DNA of 64,000 nucleotides from Candidatus Omnitrophota bacterium (GTDB lineage: Bacteria; Omnitrophota; Gorgyraeia; Aquiviventales; Aquiviventaceae): positions 6,153 to 70,152 of the forward strand of contig JACQHR010000013.1 in assembly GCA_016198905.1 (NCBI GenBank). The letters run 5' to 3'. The notes under the pieces were generated by a model. The model was not told the origin of the DNA. It was given only the letters and a program-made list of their open reading frames with translations, and made no database searches. Below, in pieces: positions 54,234 to 64,000 of the stretch (within the stretch, counting starts at the first letter, position 1; every line of letters starts with the position of its first letter). Both the position numbers and the translations under genes were made by a program.

Positions 54234-56645
54234 CTACCGAACAACCAAGATGGCTTTGCGGCCTTTGAAGGTGCGCAGGTGAAGGCGGGTTCCATCGGTA
54301 CGCAGAGCCATAGCGCCGTCGGTGCGGGTCGAATAGAGGCGAGCGCCGGCGGCTTCGAGCGCGTGGACCGTATCGGCGGATGGCAAATGATGAAGACGGC
54401 CGACGCTGAGAAGTGCGACCTGCGGATGGACCGCGTTGAAGAATGGCGAGCCGGCCGCGCCGAGGCTGCTGCCATGATGCGGGACTTTGAGCACGGTCGA
54501 CCGTAAGGGAGCATCCGTGCGCAACAACCAGGGGGCTCCGCGCGCTTCAAGATCGCCGGTGAGCAAAAGAGTCACGGAGCCCTTCGTCAGCTTCAGGACG
54601 ATCGAATTATCATTGGACGTCGGCGCGGTGCGCGGCACGAAGCCATCAGGCGGATGCAGCACGTCGATGGTCACGTCTGACCCGTCGGTGAGCCGCAGCC
54701 CCGCGGTCACGACGCTCTCTGGCACATGGCGCGCGGCGACTAACGCGTAGAGCGCGCGCGTGGTCGCGGTGCGACCCACCGCCCCGTTGGTGAGGAGCCG
54801 CTTCACGCGCATCTGCTGAAGGATCGGAATGGCGCCGCCGAGATGGTCTTCGTCCGAGTGCGTGAGCAGCAGCGCATCGATCGTCGTGATGCCCTCGCGT
54901 CGAAGAAATGGGATGAGCCGATAGCGGCCGGCCTCCTGCGAGCCGGCGTCGATGAGGATCGTCGAGCCTCGCGGCGTGCGGATGACCATGCTGTCGCTGT
55001 GGCCGACATCGAGCAGATCAAGGCGCAGCCAGCGCGAGTCCCATGCGCGACGCATCACGCCGCTCCATGCCCACAGCGTCGCTGCGGCAAGCCAACAGAT
55101 CGCCACGCGGCTGGCCCGGCAACGGACGCGGCGCCGAACGACCGACAGCATCACCAAACCGTAGTAGACGAGCAGCCACCACACGGACGGGTGCGCGACC
55201 CAGAAGTGGCCGCCAGGAATGCGCTGACACCAACAGACGATCCAGACGATCAGATCCAGCAGTATCCTCAACACTCCAGCCATCCACTGAACGACCGGAG
55301 CCCATATTGTCCCCGCGATGAGGATCAGTGTCCCGCATGCCACCAGCGCGCTGACCAGCGGCGCCACGAGCAGGTTCGCGAGAATGGCAATCGGCGACAC
55401 CAGGTGGAAGTACCACGCGAGCACCGGCGAGAGTCCCACCCAAATGGCCGTCGTGGCCGCCACACTCACCGCCAGATATCGACGCAGCCATTCCGGACGC
55501 AGCCAGTTCACACGCGCCTGCAGCCAGTGCGCCCACCGCGCGCAGAACACGAGCAAGCTCAGGACCGCGCCGAAGGAGAGCTGAAACCCTGGATCGAACA
55601 GCTGCGTGGGATTGATGAAGAGGATCGCGAGTGCGGCGGCCGCCAGTGTATTGGGCCACGAGATGACCCGATCAAGCCACAACGCTCCCAAGACCACCCA
55701 TGCCATGATCGTGGCGCGCACCACCGGCGGTTGCATCCCCGTCAGCATGCAGTAGCCGATGAGTCCAATGCCGGACACGAGCACTCGCACGCGCCACGGC
55801 AGCCCGAGCAGACGCAAGACCGTTTCGAAGAGGAGCGCGATGAGCCCGACATTGAAGCCGCTGATGACCACCATGTGCATGGTGCCCGTCTCGATGAACG
55901 CATCTCGCAATCGATCATCGAGGGCCACGCGCTCGCCAAGCAGGAACGATTGCAACAACCCCGCACGTGAGGGCTCGAACGTCGCTTGGATTGCCTGCTC
56001 CCATCGATGGCGAAGTTGAACAACCGCAGCCACCCACGGCCAGCCTCGACCCCGACGAAGGACGGCGATCCCGTGAAAAGGCCGCACGCGCAATAGTACG
56101 TGAATGTGCTGACGGGCAAGTGCTCCGCGCCAGTCGTATTGGCCGGGGTTGGTCGCCGCCGGCACGCGCGACCACTCCCCTTCGACCACGATCTCATCGC
56201 CGTACGCCAGGAGCATTCGCGGCGATTGAATCGTGGCGCGCACGCTTGCATCGATCGCCTCCCAACCCGCATCCCTGCGGCGATCGCGCACGCGCACGAG
56301 ACAGGTCAGCGCATCTTCGGGTGGTCGCTGGGGATGCGGCGGCACAGGGGTTGGGTCGCTGACGATCACGCCATACAGACGAACGGCTTGCGCCTCGTCG
56401 GCCACGAGGCCTTTGAGCTGTTCCGCGGGATGCGCCCTCCACATCCCCACGCGGCTGACTCCAAGACACATCCACAGCGCCAAGAGCGCGGGGACTCTCA
56501 ACGAGGGATGACCACGCATCGTCATCGCGATGATGCCGCCGAGCAGCCCAAGGATGACTACGACCACGGAAGGAACAGGCGTGAGCGTGCCCAGGATGAT
56601 CCCTACGATCACGGCAAGCGTGATAGGAACAAGTGGAGATCTCAT
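54234..56645 (-). CDS. comEC: DNA internalisation competence protein ComEC/Rec2
   Basis: 803 aa. It has an N-terminal OB/DUF4131-like region, a multi-TM competence domain and a C-terminal metallo-beta-lactamase domain (DVGHSDSMVI...LLTHSDEDHLGG). Confidence 0.88.
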   Translation of the reverse strand: MRSPLVPITLAVIVGIILGTLTPVPSVVVVILGLLGGIIAMTMRGHPSLRVPALLALWMCLGVSRVGMWRAHPAEQLKGLVADEAQAVRLYGVIVSDPTPVPPHPQRPPEDALTCLVRVRDRRRDAGWEAIDASVRATIQSPRMLLAYGDEIVVEGEWSRVPAATNPGQYDWRGALARQHIHVLLRVRPFHGIAVLRRGRGWPWVAAVVQLRHRWEQAIQATFEPSRAGLLQSFLLGERVALDDRLRDAFIETGTMHMVVISGFNVGLIALLFETVLRLLGLPWRVRVLVSGIGLIGYCMLTGMQPPVVRATIMAWVVLGALWLDRVISWPNTLAAAALAILFINPTQLFDPGFQLSFGAVLSLLVFCARWAHWLQARVNWLRPEWLRRYLAVSVAATTAIWVGLSPVLAWYFHLVSPIAILANLLVAPLVSALVACGTLILIAGTIWAPVVQWMAGVLRILLDLIVWIVCWCQRIPGGHFWVAHPSVWWLLVYYGLVMLSVVRRRVRCRASRVAICWLAAATLWAWSGVMRRAWDSRWLRLDLLDVGHSDSMVIRTPRGSTILIDAGSQEAGRYRLIPFLRREGITTIDALLLTHSDEDHLGGAIPILQQMRVKRLLTNGAVGRTATTRALYALVAARHVPESVVTAGLRLTDGSDVTIDVLHPPDGFVPRTAPTSNDNSIVLKLTKGSVTLLLTGDLEARGAPWLLRTDAPLRSTVLKVPHHGSSLGAAGSPFFNAVHPQVALLSVGRLHHLPSADTVHALEAAGARLYSTRTDGAMALRTDGTRLHLRTFKGRKAILVVR

Positions 56646-56664
56646 GGGACGAATCAGTCGTTAA

Positions 56665-56747
56665 TCCGGTTAGGCCCGTTTTGCCCGTTAGGCCCGTTAG
56701 CATGACAACCGGCTCAACCGGCAAAACCGGCTTAACGGGCACAACGG
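56665..56747. repeat. inverted 9-mer arrays (GCCCGTTAG / NAACCGGCN) forming a hairpin
   Basis: Left array at 56665-56700: tccggttag gcccgtttt gcccgttag gcccgttag. Right array at 56705-56747: acaaccggc tcaaccggc aaaaccggc ttaacgggc acaacgg. Confidence 0.8.
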
Positions 56748-56840
56748 AATAAGAAACGCAGAAGAGAGCGTCTCTCTCCTGCGTGTCAGTTGTATCGACG
56801 CCGGCCACGATCGTGTCCGGCCGAGTGGATGTGGAAGAAG

Positions 56841-57206
56841 TTAGGGCGAGCGAGGCGACTTCATACTCAGGATGACGTGCTGCATGATCGCCTCTTGATC
56901 CTTGGGCGCGATCTCCACAAACCGCACGCCGACTTCCACGGAGCGCTTCTGCTCCGTCTTGCTGATGATCTCGTACTCCTCGCTCCACATGACTTCCGCG
57001 GTAAAGTTCACCGGCTGCTCGCGGCCCGGCAGCTTCATCGCCACCTGCAGCCGCGTACCCGTCGGCAGCATCTTCTCTGAGAACAAACAGACGCCGCCTC
57101 CGCCGATGTCCTTGGCAATACCCTGCTGCTCCGGACCGGACGTCAGCACGTGGTACGTCACGTCCAGGCGCGTATCCAACCGCACAAACCGTCTACGCTC
57201 TTCCAT
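56841..57206 (-). CDS. PilZ domain protein
   Basis: MEERRRFVRLDTRLDVTY... contains RxxxR, and DIGGGGVCLFS contains D/NxSxxG-like. 121 aa from ATG 57206. The 216-aa ORF-track version overlaps pcrA. Confidence 0.75.
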   Translation of the reverse strand: MEERRRFVRLDTRLDVTYHVLTSGPEQQGIAKDIGGGGVCLFSEKMLPTGTRLQVAMKLPGREQPVNFTAEVMWSEEYEIISKTEQKRSVEVGVRFVEIAPKDQEAIMQHVILSMKSPRSP

Positions 57207-57208
57207 GG

Positions 57209-59227
57209 CTAGTCGAACTCCCGGGTGTACGATGGCCGCGACTCGATCTCCCCTTGTTCGTAGAGGGTAAACCGGATTTCGCGCAGGAACCGCGAGGGCT
57301 GCAGAAGTAGTTGTCCGTTGCCGCGCAGGCTCATGTCCATTAAGGGATGCGTGATGTAGAGCTCGTCTTTCGCGCGCGTCGTCGCGACGTAGAAGATGCG
57401 GCGCTCTTCCTCTTCGCCCGCTTCTTCCCGCAGCGCCATGTCCGAGGGAAACTCGCCCTCGCACATGCGGATGACGAACACCACGCGCCACTCCAATCCT
57501 TTAGCTTGATGGACCGAGCTCAGGATCAGCCGCTCGGTATCGCTCGAGGAAGCCGCGTTCACCTCTTGACCGTAGAGTTCGCCGAGCAAGATGAGCTCCG
57601 AGAGCAAACTGCGCAGACTGCGATAGGAGCGCGCGAACACCGAGAGTTGCTGGATGTCTTCGAGCCGCGACTGAAACCCTTCGTAGCGCGCGCGCAGGAA
57701 ATCGGTGTAGCTCGTTTCCATCACCGCGCGGATGAGTTCGGAGGGCTCCTTGTCGTCGGCCGATGCTTTGAGCGCGCGCAGGTCGTGCTGAAACCGCTTC
57801 AGGTATGGTTGCGCCGATGACGGCAAGGTCGCGCACACAGCCGGCGACATCGCCGCCTCAAGCGGATTCGCCGATTTCGCGACGACGTCCCAGAGTCTGG
57901 CCGCCGTGACATTGCCGATGCGCGGCAGCATGAGCCACAGCCGCCTCCACGCGACCTCGTCGTACGGGTTATCGAGAATCTTCAGGTAGGCGACGACGTC
58001 TTTGATGTGCGCTTGCTCAAAGAAGCGCACGCCGGAGCGCACTTCATAGGGAATGTTGCGCTTGATGAGCTCCGCCTGCAGGATCGTCGAGTGCGCGTGC
58101 GCGCGGTACAGCACCGCCATCTCGATGAGCGGAATACCCTCGTCGCGCAGTTGCAGGATGCGCTCGGCCACGAACGCCGCTTCTTGATAGACGTCGTTCA
58201 CCGGCAGGACCACCGGGAGACTGCCCCGCGCGCGCTGGGCGATGAGCGTCTTGCGATACTGCTGCCGGTTGTTCAGGATGCTGGCGTTGGTGAACTCCAG
58301 GATTTCCGGTGTTGAGCGGTAGTTGACCTCGAGCTTGAAGAGTTCGGTGCCGGGATTGCGCTCGGCAAATTTGAGAATGTTGTCGTAGTTGGCCCCGCGG
58401 AATTTGTAGATGCTCTGCGCGTCGTCGCCGACGACCATCAAGTTGTGGCCGTTGTGCGCGGTGATGCGCTCGACGATCTGCGCTTGGATCGTGTTGGTGT
58501 CCTGATACTCATCAACGAGGACGGAGCGAAACTGCGCGCCCAGCCGCTGGGCTACGTCCGGATGCTCGAGGAGCAGCTTCAGCCAGAAACGCAGCAGATC
58601 ATCGTAGTCGAGCGCGTTGGCCGCGCGCTTCTTCGCTTCATAGCGCGCGCTCACCTGTGCCAGCTCCTGCGCCCACTGGCTGAAATGCGGGGTGCGCTCA
58701 TCGACCACAAGCCCAAGGGCTCGCTGAGTATTGAATGAGACGCTGATGAGGTCTTGGAGAATGGAGGGCGCGGGAAATCGTTTCTCTTCGATCTTCACTT
58801 TCGCTTCCGTGACGCACACCTTGAGAAGGTCGCGCTGATCCTCGTCATCGAGAATCGAGTAGTTGTTTTGCAATCCAACGAGCGGCGCATGCTGGCGCAG
58901 CAGCCGATTCCCGATGGCGTGAAATGTCCCGCCCCAGATGCTGCCCGCATCGCCGCCGGTGATGGTTTCGACGCGGTTCAACATCTCCCGCGCGGCCTTG
59001 TTGGTGAAGGTCGCCAGCAGAATCTGCTGCGGTGGCACGCCCTTCGTCATCAGGTAAGCCACACGATAGGTGATCGTGCGCGTCTTGCCTGAGCCGGCAC
59101 CGGCGATCACGAGCTTGGGCCCGTCGCCGCACGTCACCGCCGCGCGCTGCGCGTCGTTGAGCTCGCGCTCAAGATCGAGCTGAAACTTCGCGGAGGTGAC
59201 CGCATGGATCGTAAACGTGCGCGTCAT
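57209..59227 (-). CDS. pcrA: ATP-dependent DNA helicase PcrA/UvrD (SF1)
   Basis: LNDAQRAAV..., AGAGSGKTRTITYRVAYL (Walker A), VLVDEYQDTN, and VHQAKGLEWRVVF. The start is ATG 59227. Confidence 0.9.
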   Translation of the reverse strand: MTRTFTIHAVTSAKFQLDLERELNDAQRAAVTCGDGPKLVIAGAGSGKTRTITYRVAYLMTKGVPPQQILLATFTNKAAREMLNRVETITGGDAGSIWGGTFHAIGNRLLRQHAPLVGLQNNYSILDDEDQRDLLKVCVTEAKVKIEEKRFPAPSILQDLISVSFNTQRALGLVVDERTPHFSQWAQELAQVSARYEAKKRAANALDYDDLLRFWLKLLLEHPDVAQRLGAQFRSVLVDEYQDTNTIQAQIVERITAHNGHNLMVVGDDAQSIYKFRGANYDNILKFAERNPGTELFKLEVNYRSTPEILEFTNASILNNRQQYRKTLIAQRARGSLPVVLPVNDVYQEAAFVAERILQLRDEGIPLIEMAVLYRAHAHSTILQAELIKRNIPYEVRSGVRFFEQAHIKDVVAYLKILDNPYDEVAWRRLWLMLPRIGNVTAARLWDVVAKSANPLEAAMSPAVCATLPSSAQPYLKRFQHDLRALKASADDKEPSELIRAVMETSYTDFLRARYEGFQSRLEDIQQLSVFARSYRSLRSLLSELILLGELYGQEVNAASSSDTERLILSSVHQAKGLEWRVVFVIRMCEGEFPSDMALREEAGEEEERRIFYVATTRAKDELYITHPLMDMSLRGNGQLLLQPSRFLREIRFTLYEQGEIESRPSYTREFD

Positions 59228-59233
59228 TTTTGC

Positions 59234-59374
59234 AGCACTAAGCACACAGCAGACAGCACACAGTAGGAAACTTGAGTGCCAGTGAAATGTGTCGGAAGGA
59301 GCCGTGAGGCTGTCTTAGTTGTCCCCTGTCCACTTTGTGCTTTGTGCTTTCTGCTTTGTGCTTTCTGCTTAACG
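59234..59374. repeat. inverted heptamer arrays (CAGCACA / CTTTGTG) flanking a ~64-nt spacer
   Basis: Left array at 59234-59268: cagcact aagcaca cagcaga cagcaca cagtagg. Right array at 59333-59374: ctttgtg ctttgtg ctttctg ctttgtg ctttctg cttaacg. Confidence 0.85.
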
Positions 59375-59647
59375 GAGGAACTCATCCATCAAAATGGTGG
59401 GATCGCGGTCGAGGACCTGGCGGACATCCGCGGTCACCTTGTAGCGCTTGCCGTCGAAGATGAGGATCTTCTGGTCCACCAAGCGCGTCAGCTGGCTCTC
59501 TTCGAAGACGTCGTGGAGGAAGAGCATCTCTTTTACTCCCTCAAAGGAGGCGCCCTGTGGATGGTCGCGGTAGAGGAACGTCATAATCTCGCGAATTTGG
59601 ACATCCCGAGCGGCCTCGACGAGTGTCTGACGAATGGCGGCGTTCAT
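59369..59647 (-). CDS. hypothetical protein
   Basis: 92-aa ORF, co-directional, with coding-like composition. I recognise no motif. Confidence 0.4.
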   Translation of the reverse strand: MNAAIRQTLVEAARDVQIREIMTFLYRDHPQGASFEGVKEMLFLHDVFEESQLTRLVDQKILIFDGKRYKVTADVRQVLDRDPTILMDEFLR

Positions 59648-59678
59648 CGTAGGGCACGTGCCCCAGTCATGCGACGAG

Positions 59679-59855
59679 CTACTGGGGATTTCCTTTCGAT
59701 TCCGAATCCTCTTTCGACGATCCCTTGAGGGCGTCTTGAAACGCTTTGACAGCTTTTCCTAACCCGCGCGCCACTTCCGGCAGCCGCCGCGGGCCGATCA
59801 CCAACAGCGCAATGACGAAGATCACGATGAGCTCTGATAATCCCAAGTTTCCCAT
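59679..59855 (-). CDS. tatA: twin-arginine translocase subunit TatA/E
   Basis: Not in the ORF track (58 aa). My own translation gives MGNLGLSELIVIFVIALLVIGPRRLPEVARGLGKAVKAFQDALKGSSKEDSESKGNPQ. This is the canonical TatA layout: TM helix, FGP-like hinge (IGP), then an amphipathic helix. Confidence 0.8.
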   Translation of the reverse strand: MGNLGLSELIVIFVIALLVIGPRRLPEVARGLGKAVKAFQDALKGSSKEDSESKGNPQ

Positions 59856-59869
59856 GTGCCACCTATCCG

Positions 59870-60229
59870 TTACTGCATGACGACCAGCTCTTTGATCGCC
59901 GCAAACGTTTGTGGTCCCATTCCCGAAACGCTCCGAAGCTCTTCAGGGTGGTGAAATCGACCGTGCTGCATTCGATAGGACAGGATTCGAGCGGCGAGCG
60001 CGGGACCAATCCCCGGCAGCCGCTCTAATTCTGCGGCATCCGCGGTGTTCACGTCAACTTGTCGCGCCCGCGCCAGCGCTGTGTCCCATGCCGCAGTCTC
60101 TATTGATGAGGCGCCACGCTCTGGCGCGCTCGACCACCAGTGTCGCTGGCACATGATCGCGCTCAAGCCAACGAGCATGACCGCGCCAAGCACACTGAGC
60201 GTGCGTTGCTCTTGTGAGATTAACAACAT
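59870..60229 (-). CDS. comEA: ComEA-like helix-hairpin-helix DNA-binding protein
   Basis: N-terminal TM helix, then VDVNTADAAELERLPGIGPALAARILSYRMQHGRFHHPEELRSVSGMGPQTFAAIK (a tandem HhH). Confidence 0.8.
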   Translation of the reverse strand: MLLISQEQRTLSVLGAVMLVGLSAIMCQRHWWSSAPERGASSIETAAWDTALARARQVDVNTADAAELERLPGIGPALAARILSYRMQHGRFHHPEELRSVSGMGPQTFAAIKELVVMQ

Positions 60230-60257
60230 CGAACGCGTGGAGTTTTAGATGCGGCGG

Positions 60258-61448
60258 TCATGGCGTGTTCTGACCGTCCTGCGACTCGGTATGGGAAGTA
60301 TCATTCGGCTGTGAGGAGTCCGACGCTTTCTTTCGACTCTTCATCTCCTCTTCAACAATCTCATCGACCACCGACTTCGAAATGGCCATCAGATGCTTCA
60401 TGCCCTGCCCCATTGCGTACGCGAATGCCTCCTTCGTCAACTTCAAGTACCACTGCCAAGCCTCGGATTCTTGAAAGATTACATACTGTTCAAGTTCTTC
60501 GTCGGGCACTGAGCGGTACATAAACACCAGGCCAAGCCAGGCATAGGCTTCAGCGGCTTGAGGATTCTCCGTTATCTTCTGAAGGTCAACAGCGGTGGTG
60601 TGTCCGCCAAGGTTCATCGTGATCGTCGGAAACGCCGGCGCTTGATCAGGGGCGATCCCCGCCTCGCTCGCCATCGACAACCTGCCTTGCTGTAACGTAT
60701 CCGCCAACATGCTTCCCATCGCCCGCGCCAGCCGCTGAATGAGCACGATTCTTGTTGGAGATAGCGGATGCTGGGGAAGTTGTTCCCTAAATTGCCGCAG
60801 GGCCTCACGATTCTGGAACGCTTCCTGTCCTAGCTGGTACATGTGTTGTGCCAGCGGAGAACTCAACCACGTTTGCACGGCTTCAAGTTTTTGCCGATCG
60901 AACTGTTGGAGGAAGGCGTTCCGCATTGCCGTATAGAGGAGGTCGGCATTGAGCGCCTCCTGCATCGTCTGGCGGAACTTCTCGCGGCTCACCGGGCTGC
61001 TGAGCTTGCTTGTCTGTTGATTGATAAACTGGTCGAGCTGTGGCTTCTGAGTCGCGATGATCCGTTCGAACGTCTCCTTGCTAATGTGTGAAAGCGCAAG
61101 GACGTGGTCCACGAACGCGACTCGCTCGGCATCTTGAGGTTGACCTACTTCGGATGTCTCTGGCGCTGCCGCAGAAGGAGTCGGTGGCGCAGGCGGCGCG
61201 TCAATGATGCGAGGTTCTTGCGCGGCTGTGCTCTCATCAATCCGCTCGATGTCATCACGCCAATAGGTCACCGGCGTGCCGAACCAATCGACGACCACCG
61301 CCTTCTCGGTCCGCTGCGTAATCTTCGCCTCTACCCGCTTGCCGTCTTTGAGGTAAATCGTTTCCGCGACGGCGTGCGCAACGCTTAGAGACAGACTCAG
61401 ACCGATACTACATAGTGGGTGCCACATGTTCGGATTTTTGCCGCGCAT
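60258..61448 (-). CDS. hypothetical secreted protein
   Basis: Signal peptide (MWHPLCSIGLSLSLSVAHA), a Pro-rich linker and helical repeats. No confident family assignment. Confidence 0.45.
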   Translation of the reverse strand: MRGKNPNMWHPLCSIGLSLSLSVAHAVAETIYLKDGKRVEAKITQRTEKAVVVDWFGTPVTYWRDDIERIDESTAAQEPRIIDAPPAPPTPSAAAPETSEVGQPQDAERVAFVDHVLALSHISKETFERIIATQKPQLDQFINQQTSKLSSPVSREKFRQTMQEALNADLLYTAMRNAFLQQFDRQKLEAVQTWLSSPLAQHMYQLGQEAFQNREALRQFREQLPQHPLSPTRIVLIQRLARAMGSMLADTLQQGRLSMASEAGIAPDQAPAFPTITMNLGGHTTAVDLQKITENPQAAEAYAWLGLVFMYRSVPDEELEQYVIFQESEAWQWYLKLTKEAFAYAMGQGMKHLMAISKSVVDEIVEEEMKSRKKASDSSQPNDTSHTESQDGQNTP

Positions 61449-61467
61449 TTCGCTGATCCCAAGTCTC

Positions 61468-63975
61468 TCAGATCACAATATTGACCAGACGCTTAGGCAC
61501 AACAATGAATTGCTTCATAGTTTGGCCGTCGACGAACTTCCTGACCTGCTCGTTGGCGAGCACGATCGCTTTCAATTGCTCCTCGCCGATGTCCGACGGC
61601 ACGACGATGCGCGCGCGGACTTTGCCGTTGACCTGGACAACCAGCGTGACCTCGGCTTCGTGCAACGTGGCCGCGTCAAAGGCGGGCCATGGCGCGTGGG
61701 CGAGGCTCTCATGATGACCCAACCGCCACCAGAGCTCTTCACATAGATGTGGCGCGTACGGCGCGAGCAGCAGGACGAACGTTTCGATCGCGGATTCCGG
61801 CAGCGGCGTGGCGTCTTCGAGCGCGCTGAGCAGCACCATCATCGAGGAGATCGCGGTATTGAACCGCAGCTGCTGCGTATCGTCGGTCACTTTCTTGATC
61901 GTCGCGTGCAGCGTGCGTTTCAACGCCGCCTCCACCGGCACATCCTTCAGCTGCGGATTGAGCCCGGTCTCCGTCACGATCACGCGCCAGAGGCGATTCA
62001 AGAACCGATCGATGCCCTCGATGCTGCGCGTGCTCCACGGCTTGACCGCTTCGAGCGGACCCATGAACATCTCGTACATCCGAAATGCGTCCGCGCCGTG
62101 CGCATTGATCACATCATCGGGATTGACGACGTTGCCGCGCGACTTGGACATCTTCTCGCTGTCTTCGCCGAGGATGAGGCCTTGGTTGATCAGTTTGTGA
62201 AACGGCTCGGCCGTCGAGACGAATTTGAGATCGTAGAGGACCTTATGCCAGAAGCGCGCGTACAGCAGATGCAGCACCGCGTGCTCCGCTCCGCCGATGT
62301 AGAGATCGACCGGCATCCAATAGCGCTCTATCTTGGCATCCCATGCGCGCTGCGTGTTGTGCGGATCGAGATAGCGCAGATAGTACCAGCACGAACCGGC
62401 CCATTGCGGCATGGTGTTGGTTTCGCGCTCGGCAGGACCGCTGCACTGGGGGCATTTCGTCTGCACCCAATCTTTCGCTTTCGCTAGTGGAGGCTCTGCG
62501 GTACCGGTTGGTTTGAAGTCGGCCATGTCTGGCAACGTCAAGGGCAGCGAAGACTCTGGCAGCGGCACGGTGCCGCATGTCGCGCAGTGAACGATCGGAA
62601 TCGGCTCGCCCCAATACCGCTGGCGAGAGAACAACCAATCGCGGAGTTTATAATGGACAATGCGCACGCCAATGCGGTGCGGGGGATCTTTCTTTGAGAG
62701 CCAGTCAATAATCTTGCCCTTAGCTTCCTCGCTAGGCAAGCCGGTAAACGCGCCAGAGTCGTGCATGCGCCCTGGATCGGCGTACGCCTGGGTCAAACTG
62801 TCCGCGTCGAGCTGTTTACCTTCCGGCACAATCACCACACGTACCGGCAGCTGATACTGCCGGGCAAACTCGAGATCGCGCTGGTCATGGGCAGGGACGG
62901 CCATGATCGCGCCGGTACCGTAGCTGGCCAGCACATAGTCGGCGATCCAAATGGGAATCTTCGCTCGAGAATCAGAAGATTCAAAAACAGGATTTATCGC
63001 ATAGGCGCCTGTAAAAATACCGGTTTTCGTTTTTGCAAGATCGGTTCTTTCGAGTTCGCTTTTTCGAGCTACCTCATACTGATACTGCTCAACCGCTTCA
63101 CGATAGTCATCGGTGGTAATATCTCGAACTAGGGGGAGCTCTGGAGCAAGCACCAGATAGGTGGCGCCGAACAGAGTATCGGGTCTTGTTGTAAACACGG
63201 GAATCTGCGCTCTCACACCCTTCCCCGGAAACGTACTCATATGCTTTCTCGTCGCGGTAGTGTCCACGGTGAAGAGGATCTCGGCTCCCTCGCTCTTGCC
63301 GATCCAGTGGCGCTGCATCTCTTTGATGTGCTCGGGCCAGTCCAACGACTCGAGGTCGGCGAGCAAACGATCCGCGTACGCCGTGATCTTCAGCATCCAC
63401 TGGCGCATCGGCTTGCGCTCCACCGGATGGCCTTTGCGCTCGCACTTGCCGTCGACGACTTCTTCATTCGCCAGCACCGTGCCACACGCAGGACACCACC
63501 ACACGGCCGCATCCGCCATGTACGCCAGGCCGCGATGGTAGAGCTGCAGAAAAATCCACTGCGTCCATTTCACGTAGCCCGGATCGGTGGTGTTGAGTTC
63601 ACGATCCCAATCATAGGAAAATCCCAGGCGTTCAATCTGCCGTTTGAAGGTCTCGATGTTCTTGCGCGTGGTGATGGCGGGATGCGTGCCGGTTTCAATC
63701 GCATACTGCTCGGCGGGCAGGCCAAACGCATCCCATCCCATCGGATGCAGCACGTTGTAGCCTTGCATACGTTTGAAGCGCGCGACGATGTCCGTCGCGG
63801 TGTACCCTTCAGGATGCCCAACGTGCAGTCCGGCCCCTGATGGATACGGAAACATATCGAGGATATAAAACTTTGGCTTCGCGCCGCCGTCGGTGGCCCG
63901 GAACGTCTTGTGTTCCTGCCAATACCGCTGCCATTTCGGTTCGATGTCGGAAAAGGGATATTTGTCAGCCATCAC
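61468..63975 (-). CDS. leuS: leucine--tRNA ligase
   Basis: 835 aa. [16 protein letters not shown] (HIGH), KMSKSRGN and a CP1 editing domain. The first codon is GTG 63975, with an ATG at 63972. Confidence 0.95.
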   Translation of the reverse strand: MMADKYPFSDIEPKWQRYWQEHKTFRATDGGAKPKFYILDMFPYPSGAGLHVGHPEGYTATDIVARFKRMQGYNVLHPMGWDAFGLPAEQYAIETGTHPAITTRKNIETFKRQIERLGFSYDWDRELNTTDPGYVKWTQWIFLQLYHRGLAYMADAAVWWCPACGTVLANEEVVDGKCERKGHPVERKPMRQWMLKITAYADRLLADLESLDWPEHIKEMQRHWIGKSEGAEILFTVDTTATRKHMSTFPGKGVRAQIPVFTTRPDTLFGATYLVLAPELPLVRDITTDDYREAVEQYQYEVARKSELERTDLAKTKTGIFTGAYAINPVFESSDSRAKIPIWIADYVLASYGTGAIMAVPAHDQRDLEFARQYQLPVRVVIVPEGKQLDADSLTQAYADPGRMHDSGAFTGLPSEEAKGKIIDWLSKKDPPHRIGVRIVHYKLRDWLFSRQRYWGEPIPIVHCATCGTVPLPESSLPLTLPDMADFKPTGTAEPPLAKAKDWVQTKCPQCSGPAERETNTMPQWAGSCWYYLRYLDPHNTQRAWDAKIERYWMPVDLYIGGAEHAVLHLLYARFWHKVLYDLKFVSTAEPFHKLINQGLILGEDSEKMSKSRGNVVNPDDVINAHGADAFRMYEMFMGPLEAVKPWSTRSIEGIDRFLNRLWRVIVTETGLNPQLKDVPVEAALKRTLHATIKKVTDDTQQLRFNTAISSMMVLLSALEDATPLPESAIETFVLLLAPYAPHLCEELWWRLGHHESLAHAPWPAFDAATLHEAEVTLVVQVNGKVRARIVVPSDIGEEQLKAIVLANEQVRKFVDGQTMKQFIVVPKRLVNIVI

Positions 63976-63979
63976 GATT

Positions 63980-64000
63980 CAGCACAAAGCAGAAAGCACA
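63980..64000. repeat. start of a heptamer array (CAGCACA family) upstream of leuS, truncated by the window edge
   Basis: cagcaca aagcaga aagcaca. Confidence 0.7.

Overview
This is a visibly GC-rich bacterial chromosomal segment packed with core housekeeping genes. I recognise 59 protein-coding genes. 58 are on the minus strand and only rpsT is on the plus strand. Many neighbouring genes have 1-4 nt stop/start overlaps.

Gene content, left to right:
- thiS-dprA
- aroK/aroC/aroE with pilD
- leuA-ilvC-ilvN-ilvB
- tsaB/tsaE/thiL
- metG, holB, tmk
- a Bacillus-like syntenic run mcsA-mcsB-clpC-[mlaEFD]-radA-yacL-ispD-ispF-cysE-cysS
- ilvE, lolCDE, a HepT/MntA toxin-antitoxin pair, lysS, lnt, secA
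- prfB, with the classical +1 frameshift site
- an HD-GYP phosphodiesterase, ogt, uvrC, murJ, rpsT
- holA-lptE-bamD, comEC, a PilZ protein, pcrA, tatA, comEA, leuS

Diderm envelope genes are present (bamD, lptE, lol, mla, lnt). I found no rRNA, tRNA, CRISPR array, transposase or integrase.

The unusual part is the repeat architecture:
1. Most intercistronic gaps carry tandem arrays of 7-9 bp units, 3-10 copies each. They usually occur as imperfect inverted pairs able to form hairpins whose arms are themselves tandem repeats. Several arrays extend into or sit inside coding sequence: the ilvC, ispD, mlaD and prfB tails, the secA linker, lnt, and the lptE signal peptide.
2. cysS is split by a +1 frame change exactly at a two-copy heptamer.
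3. Two families of GC-rich palindromic elements are inserted, with the frame kept open, into housekeeping genes (tsaE, thiL, cysS, lysS, lnt, uvrC). This resembles Rickettsia palindromic elements.
4. Two related families of 100-280 bp long hairpin elements, with covarying stems, sit just downstream of stop codons.

All repeat calls come from reading the sequence by eye. No database search was possible.
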